Positions 36,840 through 50,755 of a stretch of 64,000 nt of DNA are shown here, in pieces (position 1 is the first letter of the stretch; the number at the start of each line of letters is the position of its first letter). Below the pieces are notes generated by a model that saw only the letters and a list, made by a program, of their open reading frames with translations, did not search any database and was not told the DNA's origin. Position numbers and translations under genes: made by a program. Source of the stretch: Chiloscyllium plagiosum (lineage: Eukaryota); contig NC_057719.1 in the NCBI RefSeq assembly GCF_004010195.1, positions 15,806,844-15,870,843 on the forward strand, written 5' to 3'.

Positions 36840-39800
36840 TTAAAGCTGATAGGACACCTAGAACCCTTTTGAATTTTAATTTAGAAGATCTAGAGTTGAT
36901 ATGAACACACCCATGGGAAAAGGGCCTAGGGGAGTGCAGAAAGCAGGCCACTCGCCTACTATGTCGAGCATACCTGCAGCCGTTACCTCAACTCCTATGG
37001 TGGCACTCTTGGGTCCAAAGGAACAGCAGCATCTACTCACGAGTTTACAAAACTTCATGAAAGATTGAGGGAACGCTGGAACCAATCACTGCCATGCTGG
37101 CAAAGTATGAGCAGGAGATCTGGACCTTGGATCAGCACATTGGAGCTGCGGAACAAAGGACCATGGCCTTGGAGGCTGTGACAGAGAGCTCCGAGGAGCG
37201 GGTCTGAACCCTGGAAGGCCAGGTTTGCGCCCTGCAGCAACAGGTAAACAACCTCGAAAATTGAGGTTGGAGAAAAAATTTACAAATTTTGAGCTTACCC
37301 TCAAGGGATGGTTTCCAAAGATGCTGGGTCTGGATATTGAGTCGGGCCAGGTAGGTGTGTCGCAGACCTACTGTATCGCATTGCGCAGGCCCGGGCCATC
37401 TCAGGGCCTCCACCCTGTCCTAGTCGACTCCAGCAGTACAAGGAAAAGCATTTAATAATTGAAACAGCCAGACGACTGGGAAAGGATCCACAGGCTTTGG
37501 CTAATAAAGGCTTGAAAATAATGGTTTTTTTCATGTCTTCTCCGGGGTTGTAATTAAGAAAAGGAAGGCCTTTGATGAGGTAAAGAAAACTCTAAGAGAT
37601 TTAAACATTCAGTACTCCCTGAGGTACTGCTCAGGCAATGCTATGTTTCAACTACGAAGGAACTCACTACAACTATGACTCGGTGGAAAAAGTAAAAGAA
37701 TTTTGGATTCGCTGAAATGATAGACTCTGGCAGAAGAGAAGGGGTATGTGGATGATGGCATAATATGACCTTTTTCTCGTATCTTCTTTCTCTTTGTGTT
37801 TTTTCCCTTTTGGGGTCTCAGGTTTTATTGGCTTGATAGTTTTGGTGTTCCATCTAATGTGTTTTATATTGTATGTGTTTGGAGGTTATTAGCTATTCTG
37901 TTGTTCTGTTTTGCGGGGTGAGCGCTGGTTACTCCTTGGATGTAAAGATGTGTGGGGCTGAGATGAGGAAGGGAGGCGTGGCTGTCCATGGTTAACTGAT
38001 AAGAGTGTAAATAATATTTGTTTTTCTTGCTTGGGTCTGGTGCACGGCCTTAACTGGAAAGTACTAGGATGGTTGTAAGGTTGGAAGTGAATGGCCCCTA
38101 TGGGCAAGAGGGGAGGGATCTCTGGAAACTTGTGCTCTTTGTGTTCAGCTGTTTAATTTTGCAGTAGAGGTTAGTTTTTTTAGCTTTAGTAGGTTTGTAG
38201 GATTAGCCTTTAAATTTGATCGCTTTTTTTTCTCCACTCGTCGCACATTGATTGGGATTCTTCTTCTTGGGGGGGCTCTGGGCTGTAGTGTGTGGTCATG
38301 GCTAGCGGTCTGTTCAGGTGGTACACCTAGAATATAAGGGGGAGTCACTCCCCCATTAAAAGGAAAAAGGTACTCTCAAGTCTCAAGAAGGAAAGGGTTG
38401 ACATTGCGATGCTGCAAGAGACTGATAGGGAACATCTGAAGCTACAGCAGGTGGGTATATTAGGGTATTCTTTTCCTCCTTCAACCCCTGAAGCAGAGGA
38501 GTGGGCATACTGGCATGAAGAAACCTTTTGTTTCAGGTGACAGAGCAAATCAAAGATGAATATGAATGGTTCATCATTCTTAAGGTCCTGATACGCGGAG
38601 AAGAGTATGGCATTCTGAATGTTTACTGTCTCCCGATGCACCCTCTCAAATTTTTAGTTGACGCAGTCTGTAAGGTAATGTGCTTGGGGTGCGCCGTGTG
38701 ATTATAGGAGGAGACTTTAATTGTCTCATAGACCCTATGGTTGACAGGATGCCAAGAGGGCTGTTGGGTACACCTCAGCAGTCTAGGCACTTGGTGGAAT
38801 TGTGTGGGGAGCTGGGGCTAGTGGATGTGTGGAGGTGCCTCCACCTGAACAGGGGAGACTTTACCTTCTACCCCAACCCACACAAGTGCCACACAAGAAT
38901 CAACGTGTTCTCTATTCCGTCAGTTTGCTTGAACTGAGCAGAATTTGGAATATAACTACTTCAGACCATGCAGTAATATATTTAGATGTTAAGACCAAAG
39001 GTAGTGGAGTAGGCCTGCAGCAACGGCACATGGATCTATTTCTGTTGAAGGATGACAACTTTGTGGAGTATATCACAATGGAGTTCAGGGTTTTTTGGGA
39101 CATCAATTGGGGTACAGTAATCTGTCAATGCTCTGGGAGACCACCAAAGCATTCTTAAGGGGTGTGATTATTCCATACTCGGCAACGAGAAGGAGACGGA
39201 AGGGGGAGCAGCAGCGGATGCTTGAGGCCCGGTTGAAGGCAGCCGAATCAGCATATTACACCAGACCATCCGTGGTTAAATTGCAGCGGGTCACAGCCCC
39301 CAGACTGCTCTTGACTCAGTGCTCACACAAGTGGCGAAGAGAGGGGTCTCCTTTGCAAAACAAAGGCTGTTTGAATATAGGGATAAATTAGGTAGATACC
39401 TGGCTTACTTAGCTAGGAAGAAAAGTGCCCCTCAGTCCATTGTGTTTGTCCGAGAGAGGGCTGGCAATGTTACTCGTGAACTGAGGAAGATCAAAGCGGA
39501 TTTCGGGAGTTCTATACAGAGTTATACCGGTCAGAGGGACATGGGGAAGGAAGTGCGGTAATGGAATCCTTTTTTGACAACTTGGACCTCCCTAGTATAA
39601 ATGCAGATCAGGCCTCCCTTTTAAATGCTCTTTTAGCGGTGCAGGAGGTGGTAAGGCAGCTCCAGAGTGGTAATGCACCCAGTCCAGATGGATTCCCAAG
39701 TGAATTTTACAAGGAGTTTGTACACATGTTGGTTGAACTGTTGCTGGGGATGTATAATCATTCATATAGCCAGGACTGTCCTCCACCCTCTCTTAGAGAG

Positions 39801-42415
39801 GTTAATATCTCCATTATTCTAAAAAAGGGAATGATAGCGAAGATTGCGCATCGTATAGACCCATCTTGTTGCTGAATGTGGATTTTAAAATTTTATCAAA
39901 GGTTTTGTCTTTGAGACTGGAGAAGGTGCTGCCTGTTATTATAAAAGAGGACCAGACAGGTTTTGTCAAGGGTCGCAGCTCCTCTAATAATATCAGGCGG
40001 ATATTGAATATGGTGCAATATGTCAACAGAGGGCGATTCCGGTTTTGGTGTTTTTCCTAGATGTGGAGAAGGCTTTTGATCGTGTGGAATGGTCGTATCT
40101 CTTCGCTATTTTAGATCGTTTATGTCTAGGAGGGGCCTTCGCTAGGTGGATGAGAGTGTTACATAAAGACCGTAGGTAGCAGTTATTACAAATGGGGTTA
40201 AGTTGAGTAATTTTGATCTGGAGAGACGTAACCAACAGGAATGTCCCTTGTCGCCGCTACTGTTCACTTTTGTTCATGAACCACTGGCGGAGACTATTCG
40301 AGAAAACTCTAAATAAGGGCACTTAAAGTTGGAACTGGGGAACACAAAATCACTCTTTACGCAGATGATATCCTTCTATTTCAAGCTAACCCGGAAAATT
40401 CCATGCCCCAAATATTAAATTATGTGGTGGCTTTTCGGAATATAGGATACATTTCACAAAATCTGAAGTGATGCCCGTGGTTGGGTTGGTGGAGACACCA
40501 AAGTTGGAGGGCGGAATGGAATTTCTCTTTAGATGGTCACAGAAAGGTTTTCTCTATCTTGGAACTTTTATTACTCCTTGCTTCCAGCAGCTGTATGGAA
40601 CTAACTTTGTACAGCTGTTTGAGAGGATAAAGCAGGACTTCTAGCAATGGGAGGGACTGTCCATATCATGGCTTGGCCGTATAGCCTTGATTAAGATGAC
40701 TCTTCTCCCTCAGTTGCTATATGCTATGACAATGCTCCCATTATTATTACCTAAAGAGGTGCAGCGGAGATTTGCCGGATGGCTTGGATTGTTTATTTGG
40801 TGCCATAGGCACCCTTTAATTAAATTTACCAAGTTGCAGCTTCCGCAGGATATGGCTGGGATGGATCTCCCGGATCTGAAGAAATATCAAATAAACACTC
40901 TGCTGTCATATGTAGGTGGATGACCTGAAATCGATATGGTTAGATGTGGAGGCCTCTCAGGCAAAGTGTCCCCTCATAAACTTGCATTTCATGGATAAAG
41001 TGAGATTGGTAATTGAACACTGTGCAAGTCCGCTTATTATAAATACAGTAAAAGCATGGAAGATAATGCAGCAGGGTGAGGGCAATTTGCTCAAGACTTC
41101 GCCGTTTATCCCGTTGCGGGGAGCTCCAGGATTTAAGCTGGGGTCAATGGACTCTGGCTTTAGAGCATGGGAGGGTAACGGAATCTCCTGACTGGGAGAT
41201 CTGTTTGAGGGAGAGGTCTTGATGTCTTTTAGCCAATTAAGTCAGAAGTACAGAATCCCTAATAGGGATCTTTTCTGATATTTCCAAGTTAGGGATTATA
41301 TACAGAAAAAAAAACATGTTTTTGACCCAGCCATACAAGTCAGATGTAGAACACAGTCAGTTAGTACCATATATCATCTGCAAAGAGGGAATGCCTGGGG
41401 GGATATGGAGAGGCTTCATGAGATTTGGAGTCAGGAGTTAGGGGAAGAAATCTGGTCAGAAACATGGGAGGATATATGGGGGAACGTAAAGAAGATTTCA
41501 ATATGTAATAGGGCTCAAGCGATGCAATTGAATTTCCTCCATAGGGCCCATATGGCACTAGAGAGACTAGCAAAGTTTAAAAAGGATCTTCTCAGAACTG
41601 TCCCAAATGTAAAAACAGTTTTGAAACCCTTACGTGTTGTTTCTAGTCCTGTCACAAAATCTGCAGATATTGAGGGCCATAGTGAATGAACTGGAAGTGA
41701 TCTTGGAAATGGAAGTAAGGGGGGAATCCAGTGTTCCTCCTCTTAGAACTACCGAATCTTTCCTCTTTGAATCAGCATGGGAGGAGATTATTCAACATTC
41801 TGATGTACTGTACAAGGAAATCATCCTAATGAATTGGATATCAGAAAAGTCACCAGGTCTTGTAGATGGCGCAGATTTGTGATGAAACAGGTCTCTCAGG
41901 ATTACTTAACAAGTATAGTGCAGCACAGAACAGAAAAATTTTATAAGACGTCGTGGCCCTTTTTAAATTATATAGACATAGATTTGTTGATGGCATTGAT
42001 AAGGACCTTCGCATAGCTATGAGGACCATATATGGCAGTCTGGGGACCCCGAGGTGGGAGGAGGGGGTATAATCACTGTTGCCCCCGTGGACGGGACCCT
42101 TTATGGAAGTGCGGCAAGTGGAGTAATGTAATATAGTACAATGTGGTGTAATTTAGTTTTGGTGAATTGTAATTTAATTTAATGTCTTATTTAATTTGAG
42201 TTTGTGTTAGTTTGGTTTAAGTTAATAAGAGTCGACTACAATCTGGAGAATAGTAGGCAGTTTATTGTTAACTTTATTGTAATATAACATAATAGTGCGA
42301 TATTATTCCTACTTTTCTGTGCTTTTGTACTTTTATAACTTTGTTTTCTTTTTTTCTTTTGGTTTGTGTTTTTTGTAAAAAACAAAGTAACATTTTTTTC
42401 AATAAATATATACAT
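36840..42415 (+). mobile_element. Near full-length decayed L1-clade LINE (ORF1, long spacer, ORF2 EN-RT)
   Basis: ORF1 NNLEN*GWRKNL; EN NIRGSHSPIKRKKVLSSLKKERVDIAMLQET and GGDFN; RT LLNVDFKILSKVL, DQTGFVKGRSS, LYADD; T-rich 3'UTR with AATAAA; many frameshifts. Confidence 0.88.
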
Positions 42416-43680
42416 AAGAGAAAGAACCAAAGACAGAAACAACTTCATCAACAATGACAATATCGTCAAGTTAGTGGACCTATGCCTCACCACCCACTTC
42501 ACATTCAATAGCAAGACCTATAAACAAATCAATGAAACACCCATGGGAACACTGACATCAGGGTTCTTAGCAGAAGCAATAATGCAGAAACTTGAACAAA
42601 CAGCTCTCCCAACCATCCAACCCAAACTTTGGGTCCGCTACGTGGATGACACCTTTGTCATTGCTAAATGAAACAAATTAGAGGAAACCTTCAAGACCAT
42701 CAATAATATCCTTACTGGCATAAAATTCACTAAAGAGGAGGAAAACAACAACAAACTGCCATTCCTAGATGTCACAGTAGGGCGAACAGTCAATGGGGAT
42801 CTTCAAACCAGTATCTATAGAAAACAACACATATAGAATAACTACTTAACTACAGAAGCAATCATCCCAACACCCACAAATGAAGCTGCATAAGGATATT
42901 ATTTCAATAAGTCACCACACTGCAGCACCGAGGAACTATGAAGAGTAGAAGAAAATCACCTCTCCTGTGTATTTAAGAAGAATGGGTACCCAATAAACAC
43001 AGTCTGCTGATCTTTCAGCAACAAACTCAAACAAGCAGACAAAACATGCCCAGAAACCCTAGCCACTTCACCCTACATCAAAGACATCTCCAAAATGACT
43101 GTCAGACTACTCAGACCTCTTGGCATCATGATAGTCCACAAACAAACCAACATACTTAAACAGTAGCTAATGAACTTAAAAGACCCTATACAGATAACAA
43201 GCAAAACAAATGTCATTTACAAAATACCTTACAATAACTGTAACAAACACTACATTGGACAACCAGGCAGAAAACTAGCCACTAGGATTCATGAACATTC
43301 AACTAGCCACAAAAAGACATGGCCCACTATCACTAGTATCTTTACGTACAGACAAGGAAGAACACCACTTTTACTGGGACAACGCATCCAAACAGAGACA
43401 CGCATGAGAGTTCCAACTGGAACTCTATCAACAAGCACATTGATTTGGACCCCATCTGCCATTCTCTGGAAAAGAGACCAGAAATGGCATCATCAACTCA
43501 AAGAAATCTAAATACATAAATGGAAAGCGGGACATAACACCAGCGCTTCACCAGAGGCTCACTGATGATGTTATCTAGAATGGTGACGACACGCTTGAAA
43601 TCAAACCTTCTAGCTCAGCGAGCAAGCTTACATCTAGAACCTCAACCTGAACTACAAATCTTTTCAAAACTCACTAATCC
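42415..43680 (+). mobile_element. Penelope-like element 3' half (RT plus GIY-YIG), decayed; family C hammerhead remnant at about 43559-43598
   Basis: FNSKTYKQINETPMG, WVRYVDDTF, NVIYKIPYNNCNKHYIGQPGRKLATRIHEH; CTGATGA-TGTTATCTAGAATGGTGAC-GACAC. Confidence 0.9.
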
Positions 43681-44370
43681 CTGAAGGTGTCAGCATAGCT
43701 GGATAGGGGAGTGAAGAAGGCATACAGGATGCTCACCATCATTAGCCAGGAAGTAGAATATAAGACAAGGAAACCTTGTTGCAACTTTATAAAACATTGG
43801 TTAGGCAACTGATGGAATACTGTTTGCAGTTCTGGTCATCACCACTAGCAGAAAGATATGATTGCAGTGGAGAGGATGAAGAGAAGATTCACCAGGATGT
43901 TGCCTGACATGAAAAGTCTAAGTTATGAGGAGAGACAAGATAGGCTGGATTTGTTTTCCTTGGAGTAGAGGAAGTTGAGGCGACGATTGACATATACAAA
44001 ATTATAAGAGGCATAGCTTGAGTATATTGTGAAAATCTCTTTCCCCTGGAAGACATGTCAAAGACCAGAGGGCATAAGTTTAAGGTGAGGAGCAAGTGGT
44101 TTAGAGGAGACCTGAGAAAAATCTTTTCACTCAGAGGGTGATAGATATATGAAATTTGCTCCAAATCATGAAATTTGCTACCTGAGATGGTGGCGGAGGC
44201 AGTACTCTTGCAACATTTAAGAATCATCTGGATGAGTACTTAAAATTTCAGGGAATAATAGCCAATGGGAAAAGTGCAGATAAGTGGGATTATTGTGGTT
44301 TCCTGTTTGTGGATCAGCGTTGACATAGTGGACTGAAAGGCTTTGTTTCTACGCTGTATGATTCTACATC
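43680..44370 (+). mobile_element. CR1 3' end
   Basis: LQLYKTLVRQLMEYCLQFWS; HER1-like tail. Confidence 0.8.
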
Positions 44371-44707
44371 CACTCTGTACAACTGGATGAAGTGAGACCC
44401 TCATTTCAGTTAAAAAGAAGTTCTTCACCCAACAATGGACCACGTTTTCTAGTGCATGCATTTCAGACTCCCTGTTACAAAGTTCCCTTTGATCAATACC
44501 AATGAAAGCCAGCAGCAAATCCATTCACTTGAAGTATTTGAGGTGCAAATGCAGACACAATTGCATCCTAAATAAACAATAGAAGGTTCAATGTTATAAA
44601 TGTCATCAGTTGAAATAATATTTCAAGTTCAAGTGTGTATTAATTGTCAGATTTCTTTTTGAATTGTTTGACCCATGAAAATTGACACTTATTATTTTAT
44701 ACAACAG

Positions 44708-44803
44708 ATATATTTCCTGCAGATGAATGGTACGTGAGATTCAAACTGCACTATGGAACACGTTTGTTTTCAACAGAAGGAACCTTACTGGATGTTGTGA
44801 GGG
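44708..44803 (+). CDS. CATSPERB: CATSPERB coding exon 5 ((D)IFPADEWYVRFKLHYGTRLFSTEGTLLDVVR)
   Basis: AACAG acceptor, G|GTAGGT donor, 96 nt, phase 1 to 1; strong match to human EEWLVRITLHHGLNIYATEGTLLDVIR. Confidence 0.95.
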
Positions 44804-45611
44804 GTAGGTTGAAAACTGAATCTGCTTGAAATTTAGTTTGCAAATGTCTACACAGTTATTCCCACTAAATTAATGAAGTCCTCTTTCTGATTCCCATGTT
44901 AACTAATATTGCTCCCTAGGTAATATGATGACCATTAGGCTCGATTTTCATTCCATATTTTTATTGGATTCATGTTTCACCATCAACTGTGATGGCATTC
45001 GACCCCTTGATCAACAGGCCATTAGCATGGGATTCTGGATTACTAGTCAAGTAACAGGGTGACTATGTTACTGTCTACTCTGCTATCATCAATTTTCTTA
45101 AAAATAAATCTTTTTCATTCACTCATGAAATGTGGCTGTTGCTGCCTGGGCCTTGATATATTCCTCAAGCCTAATTGCCCTTAGTTGGTGGATGTGAGCT
45201 GCTTTCTTGAACCATTTTAGTTAATTTGCTGCAGGTACACTCAGATTATCATTAAAAAAGGAATTCCATGATTTTGATCTTGTGACACTGAAGGAATGGT
45301 GATACATTTCCAAGTATGGATGGCGAGTAACTTGGAGGGAACTTGCAGGTGGTAGTCTTCCCATGTATCTGCCACTCTTGTCTTCCTCAAGGGAAGTCAT
45401 CATGGGTCTGAAGGTACTGTCTAAGGAGCTTTGGTGAAATTCTTCAGAACATTATACACTGCTATTGCTGAGGATTGATGGTGGAGGGAGTAGGGGTTTT
45501 AGCTCTGGTGCAAATCAAGCAGGCTGCTTTGTTCTGGATGATGTCAAACATCTTAAGGGTTTTTGGAACTGCACTCATCCTGGCCAGTGAGGACTATTCC
45601 ATCATCCATGA

Positions 45612-46435
45612 CTTGGGCTGAGAAGTGGCAGATGGAATTTAATTTAGATAAATGTGAGGTGCTGCATTTTGGGAAAGCAAATCTTAGCAGGACTTATACA
45701 CTTAATGGAAAGGTCCTTGGGAGTGTTGCTGAACAAAGAGACCTTGGAATGCAGGTTCATAGCTCCTTGAAAGTGGAGTCGCAGGTAGATAGGATAGTGA
45801 AGAAGGAGTTTGGAATGGTTTCCTTTATTGGTCAGAGTATTGAGTATAAGAGTTGGGAGGTCATGTTGCAGCTGTACAGGACATTGGTTAGGCCACTGTT
45901 GGAATATTGCATGCACTTCTGGTCGTCTTCCTATCTGAAAGATGTTGTGAAACTTGAAAGGGTTCAGAAAAGGATGTTTCCAGAGTTGAAGGATTTGAGC
46001 TATAGGGAGAGGTTGAATAGGCAAGAGCTGTTATCCCTGGATAGCCAGAGGCTCACGGGTGCCCTTTAGAGGCTCACAAAATCATGAAGGGCATGGATAG
46101 GATAAATAGACAAAGTCTTTTCCCTGGGGTGGGGGAATCCAGAACTCGAGGACATAGGTTTAGTGTGATAGAGGAAAGATATAAAAGAGACCTAAGGGAC
46201 AACTTTTTCACGCAAAGGGTGGTACATATATGAAATGAGCTGCCAGAGGAAATGGTGGAGGCTAGTACAGTTGCAACATTTCAAAGGCATCTGGATGGGT
46301 ATATGAATAGGAAGGGTGTGGAAGGATATGGGCCACATGCTGGCAGGTGGGACTAATTTGGATTGGGATATCTAATCAGCATGGATGAGTTGGAGTGAAG
46401 GGTCTGTTTCCATGCTGTACATCTCTATGACTTAG
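45612..46435 (+). mobile_element. CR1/HER1 3' end
   Basis: WAEKWQMEFNLDKCEVLHFG..RDLG..LYRTLVRPLLEYC. Confidence 0.9.
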
Positions 46436-47530
46436 AATCATAGAGTTTTACAGTACAGAAGGAGGCCAATGGTCAGGCTTTGGGTAGTCAGAAGCTAAGT
46501 GACTTACTGCAGGATTTCTTGCCTCTGACTTGCCCCTGTAGCCACAGTATTTACTTGCAGAACCAATTCAGTTTCTGGTCATTGGTAACACTGATACTTG
46601 GGGCTTTATTAATGGTAATGCCATTGAATATCAAGAGTCAATGGTTTGATTCTCTATCCCCACTGTTACCAGCTCTGTAACAAGTTCACTCTTTAACTAA
46701 ACTCTAACTTGTGTACCTCTCTGCTCTTTCCCTTGAACCTTTTTTTGTTGGCAGTGTGATTTAGTTTGCTTACAGTTTGACAATTCCCACTAGCAAGGTT
46801 TGTGATCACCCAGTGTCCCAGAGAATGCTGATTTCTTTCTCTTGTGTTTAAAGCAGTCAGTGGTCACCCATCCTTTGGACAGAACTCCAAACAGTTATCC
46901 TGGTCAACAGTCATGAGCAAATACTGACTACCTTTAATTCTAGAGACACTGGTTTTACAGCTTGAGTTTCTGAGGATGTCAAATCTTTAATTTTCCGTAA
47001 ACACACCAAGTTTCCTTCAACAGTACCTTCCAATCCACAGTGTATTCCAAACCTATGGCATTTTATCATCTGGATTGACAGGAATAGCAAATACAATGGA
47101 ATACCACTATCTGCAAGCTTTCTTTCAAGCCTTACCATCCTGACATGGAATTATTTTGCTTGGTTATCATCCTTGGACAACTTTCATGACAGCACTGTGG
47201 GTGTTCATAAACCATATGGAAGCACCACTCTCCTGAAGCCAACTAGAAATATGCAATGAATGCTGGCCTAATGAACAACACCCACATCAGATGTCCAATT
47301 TTATTTAACAAAATAATCTGGCGTGCATTACCTGAAAATCAGTTGGAAACAGAGAATTAGAGCTGTATAATTACCCTTCTGTTTTCAACTCATGGCTGGT
47401 GAGATTCTGCCAGTATTAGTGTCTCATAAAATGATATCTGAGTTTTCATCCAAACAAAATACTCAAAAACAAGGAGCAGTTATTTACAATTGTTCTAGTG
47501 TGATGCCTTTTTACCATTGTGTTCTTACAG

Positions 47531-47689
47531 AACCTCTCTTGCAGTGGGAGCTTGGTGTACAAGTTGAAGTAGCTGATATATTTCCGATCCTACAACTTGC
47601 ACATACTCTGATAATTGTAAGGCGGCTTTGTGCTTCTGACATGGCTATTATTGCACCTGTGTTCACCAGTCATGAATTGCCTAATGCAG
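47531..47689 (+). CDS. CATSPERB: CATSPERB coding exon 6 ((E)PLLQWELGVQVEVADIFPILQLAHTLIIVRRLCASDMAIIAPVFTSHELPNA)
   Basis: TTACAG acceptor, G|GTACAT donor, 159 nt, phase 1 to 1; EPLLQWELG aligns with human EPILQWTPG, CASDMA with CANDVA. Confidence 0.93.
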
Positions 47690-48130
47690 GTACATAGGTT
47701 GCATTTTTTTTTAATCAATGCAATGTAAGTCATACATGTTGCACTAATTGAAGTGGATATTGGATGCTTCTGAATGTAAATAGACAAGACTTATGAAGCT
47801 GTTACATACTATGCTCAAGTTCTATAAAAGTAGACAGTATTAGTGAAAAATTTCAATTCGGTAGCATTATTTTACAAAGGTAATATATAGAGTTTCACTG
47901 TGTCTAAGTACAGGTATTTCCAAAAAAATGCCTTTCAGAATGAATTACTTTGAAATGATTTATATAGGAAATGTCCATTTTAAGTGCCATTTTCCCACTT
48001 TTTCTATTTTTATTCACTTTACATATGTTTCCAGAAATGAAAATATTGAACTTTAACAGATTGTACTTTGTTAAGAAAGAGAACATTCTAGATTCATTTT
48101 CGGTATTTCTTGATTTGTGTTTCTATCCAG

Positions 48131-48223
48131 GTGTTTATTTGTTGGTAACCAAGAGTGCATTTAAGGCAGAGAATGACAAGTGGTATGATGTCAAACCTAA
48201 ACTCTGTGCTTTACTCAATGGAG
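48131..48223 (+). CDS. CATSPERB: CATSPERB coding exon 7 ((G)VYLLVTKSAFKAENDKWYDVKPKLCALLNG)
   Basis: TCCAG acceptor, G|GTAATT donor, 93 nt, phase 1 to 1; aligns with human GVYIGITFGGFW...WFNM. Confidence 0.9.
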
Positions 48224-50639
48224 GTAATTTGAGTTAACTTAACGACTGCTTTTTTACGTAGAAACTTCCATGTTAGTTTAGTAAACTTAAGGCGTACACT
48301 TCTTGGGTTTCTTCAGGGCTTATCTGGAGCAGAAATGTGGCAATTATGTGATCTGTGAGTCAGAGTTTGAAATCTATAGTAAGTAAAACATTTAGAGAAA
48401 TTCGACAAGAGAAAATGATAAATGATCTACAACAACGAGCATTAGTTGAGGACAGAAAATGTCTCAAATCATCAAATAAGAAGAAAAATGTAAGTAGGAA
48501 TAATCAAGGTAACAGATATTTTGAAAGGGCTTTTAACAGGGGAGATAAAAGTTGAGAAGCTGAGAGCAGAGGGATTTAGGGAAGGTGTTCCAAAATATAG
48601 GATCTCGATTGTTAAATGTTTTACTGCTACTGCTGTGACAGAAAGGATGAAAGCCAATTCATAAGAGACCAGAAAAAAAGTCTAAGATGAAACTGTGCAC
48701 CAATAAGGGTCATGTTATTTTGTAAAATTTATTTATTGATTGTGGACATTGCAGGCAAGGGCTGCATTTACTGTCTTCAGGTAACCTTAAAAATGTGTGT
48801 GACATGTTTTTTGGAACTGTTGCAATATATGCATTCAATGTATTACTCCTTTACACCTTTGGCTAAGTGTGAGTTGTGTTGGGTTTGGCCATGAGGGTGG
48901 GTGGCTTTTCTTAGCATCACCAGTTGCCTTTGGGCCTTACGGTCTAGTCCTGCAGGGAGTCTCCTTCCCAAATACCGCTCACCCTCCTCAGCTTGACCAT
49001 TGCACATGTTAGGATTTAGCAGTGGGGAGATGGAGGGGCTGGGCACCTATAGATTGTTCTGACAAGAGTCTTCTGGGTGTGCGAGTGTCACTCCTCCTCT
49101 GTCCTAGTCCTATATCCTGTGGCTTGGGATAGGGCCTTCAATGGCAGTGATCCTTCCAGTGGCACTACAGCTGACTGGACCTCAGCAGGTTTTGGTTGAA
49201 TAGCCCCAGTAGCTCCAAGCTTGTACTGAGGGTGGCATTTATGTGGCTTCTCTAGCCTGGGTGCAGGAGTAGCAGTAGGTACTGTTCCTGGTGACAGTAC
49301 GAGGTTGAAGAGGTGCAAACCCTACAATTGGTTAGCTGCTTCTGGAAGTGGGAATTCATTCCTTTAGGGGTTAAAGCATTAACAGCAAGTCAAGAGCTGC
49401 CTAATTGCCATTGAGTGTGGTCAGGGCGTTTGAAACAATAAAAACATTGTAAAGTTCAGTTTACTGTTTGCAGATCACACCGTCAACATTGTGAAGGGGG
49501 ACTAGCACTAGACATAGATTTCTATTCTCACATCATGTGGATGCTGAGGTGGCAAGGTGAATTTTGTCTCTAATTCACCTTGATCTCCATGGAAATGCTT
49601 CAAACTGTTGTCTCTCCCAGCAAATTTGGGCAATTGAATTCTGTGTCTCTAAAGTTTGGGCTTATCACTTTTAAAACACTAGTTTGGCTGGAGATTTGTT
49701 TTCAGTTCTGGGCATCAGATATAAGAGAGAATATCAAACCTCTGTAGTTGGGGGTATATTTACTGGAATGACAGCAAGCATGAGTTGCTTCAGTTCTGAG
49801 GAGAAACTAAAGTACCTGAGATCCTTTTCCCTAAGAGCACAGAAGGTCAGGGGAAAAATAATAGAAGTGCTAATGATTAGGATATGGATTTTGATAGACA
49901 AATAAGGAGACACTGTTTCCACTAGCAGAGGAGTTGATTTTAGAGTGTACATACTTTTTCTGAATTTAAGATAATTGGCAAAAGGGGTAGAATAGTGTAG
50001 GAGAATTAGAAGACTATTGTAGGTGATGAGGTTTTATGATCTGAAATCTTAAATGTTTTCAGTGGGGTTAGTCATTCAATTAAATGAAATTAAACGGTCA
50101 CCAAAAACAAAAGTGATGAACAACTTTGCATGAACCTGTAACCAGTAAGATCTGAAATTCTTCACTTATATTGAGAACAGGAGTTGCTGTACCTCATGTA
50201 TTTGTGATACATTAGAGTACAAATAGGAATTCTGGATGTATAGCATGACTAACTACAAATGATCTCATGAGAAATTGCACAAAGGGATGAAATGCTCATT
50301 GAAGTTCAGGGAAAATAATTTAAACATGCACATTCAATGGTAATTATATTCTCCTGAGTTTCCTTTCTTGAAGTTAAATTACTACATTGTGAGTATGCCA
50401 GAAATAATGAAGAAATGCATTCTCTATTATGTGTTATAATTAGCAGTTAGTGCCAGAGGTAAACTCGTAAAACTGTGTTGAGTGTTCATATTAATATTCA
50501 TATAAACTTCCACTTATTTGTGCACTCTCATGCTTTCCCTTAAACTTAGGTAATTTCATCAGCTTTTCTTGGCAACAAAATAATTCAGGGAAATATATTT
50601 TTTCCATTAGTTGTGTAATATGTTATATTTTATCTTTAG

Positions 50640-50755
50640 CTTGTGATAATATTGCTCTAAAGAATATTGTACTGACTAATCGACATGTGCTACTATTGAC
50701 AACGCATGGCCTTTTCATAAGCCATAACTTGCTCGATGTAGGAAAGAATCCAAAG
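50640..50755 (+). CDS. CATSPERB: CATSPERB coding exon 8 ((A)CDNIALKNIVLTNRHVLLLTTHGLFISHNLLDVGKNPK); gene continues beyond this exon
   Basis: TTTAG acceptor, AAG|GTATGT donor, 116 nt, phase 1 to 0; VLTNRHVLLLTTHGLFIS aligns with human VLTNHFLVILTSLGLFVS. Confidence 0.92.
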
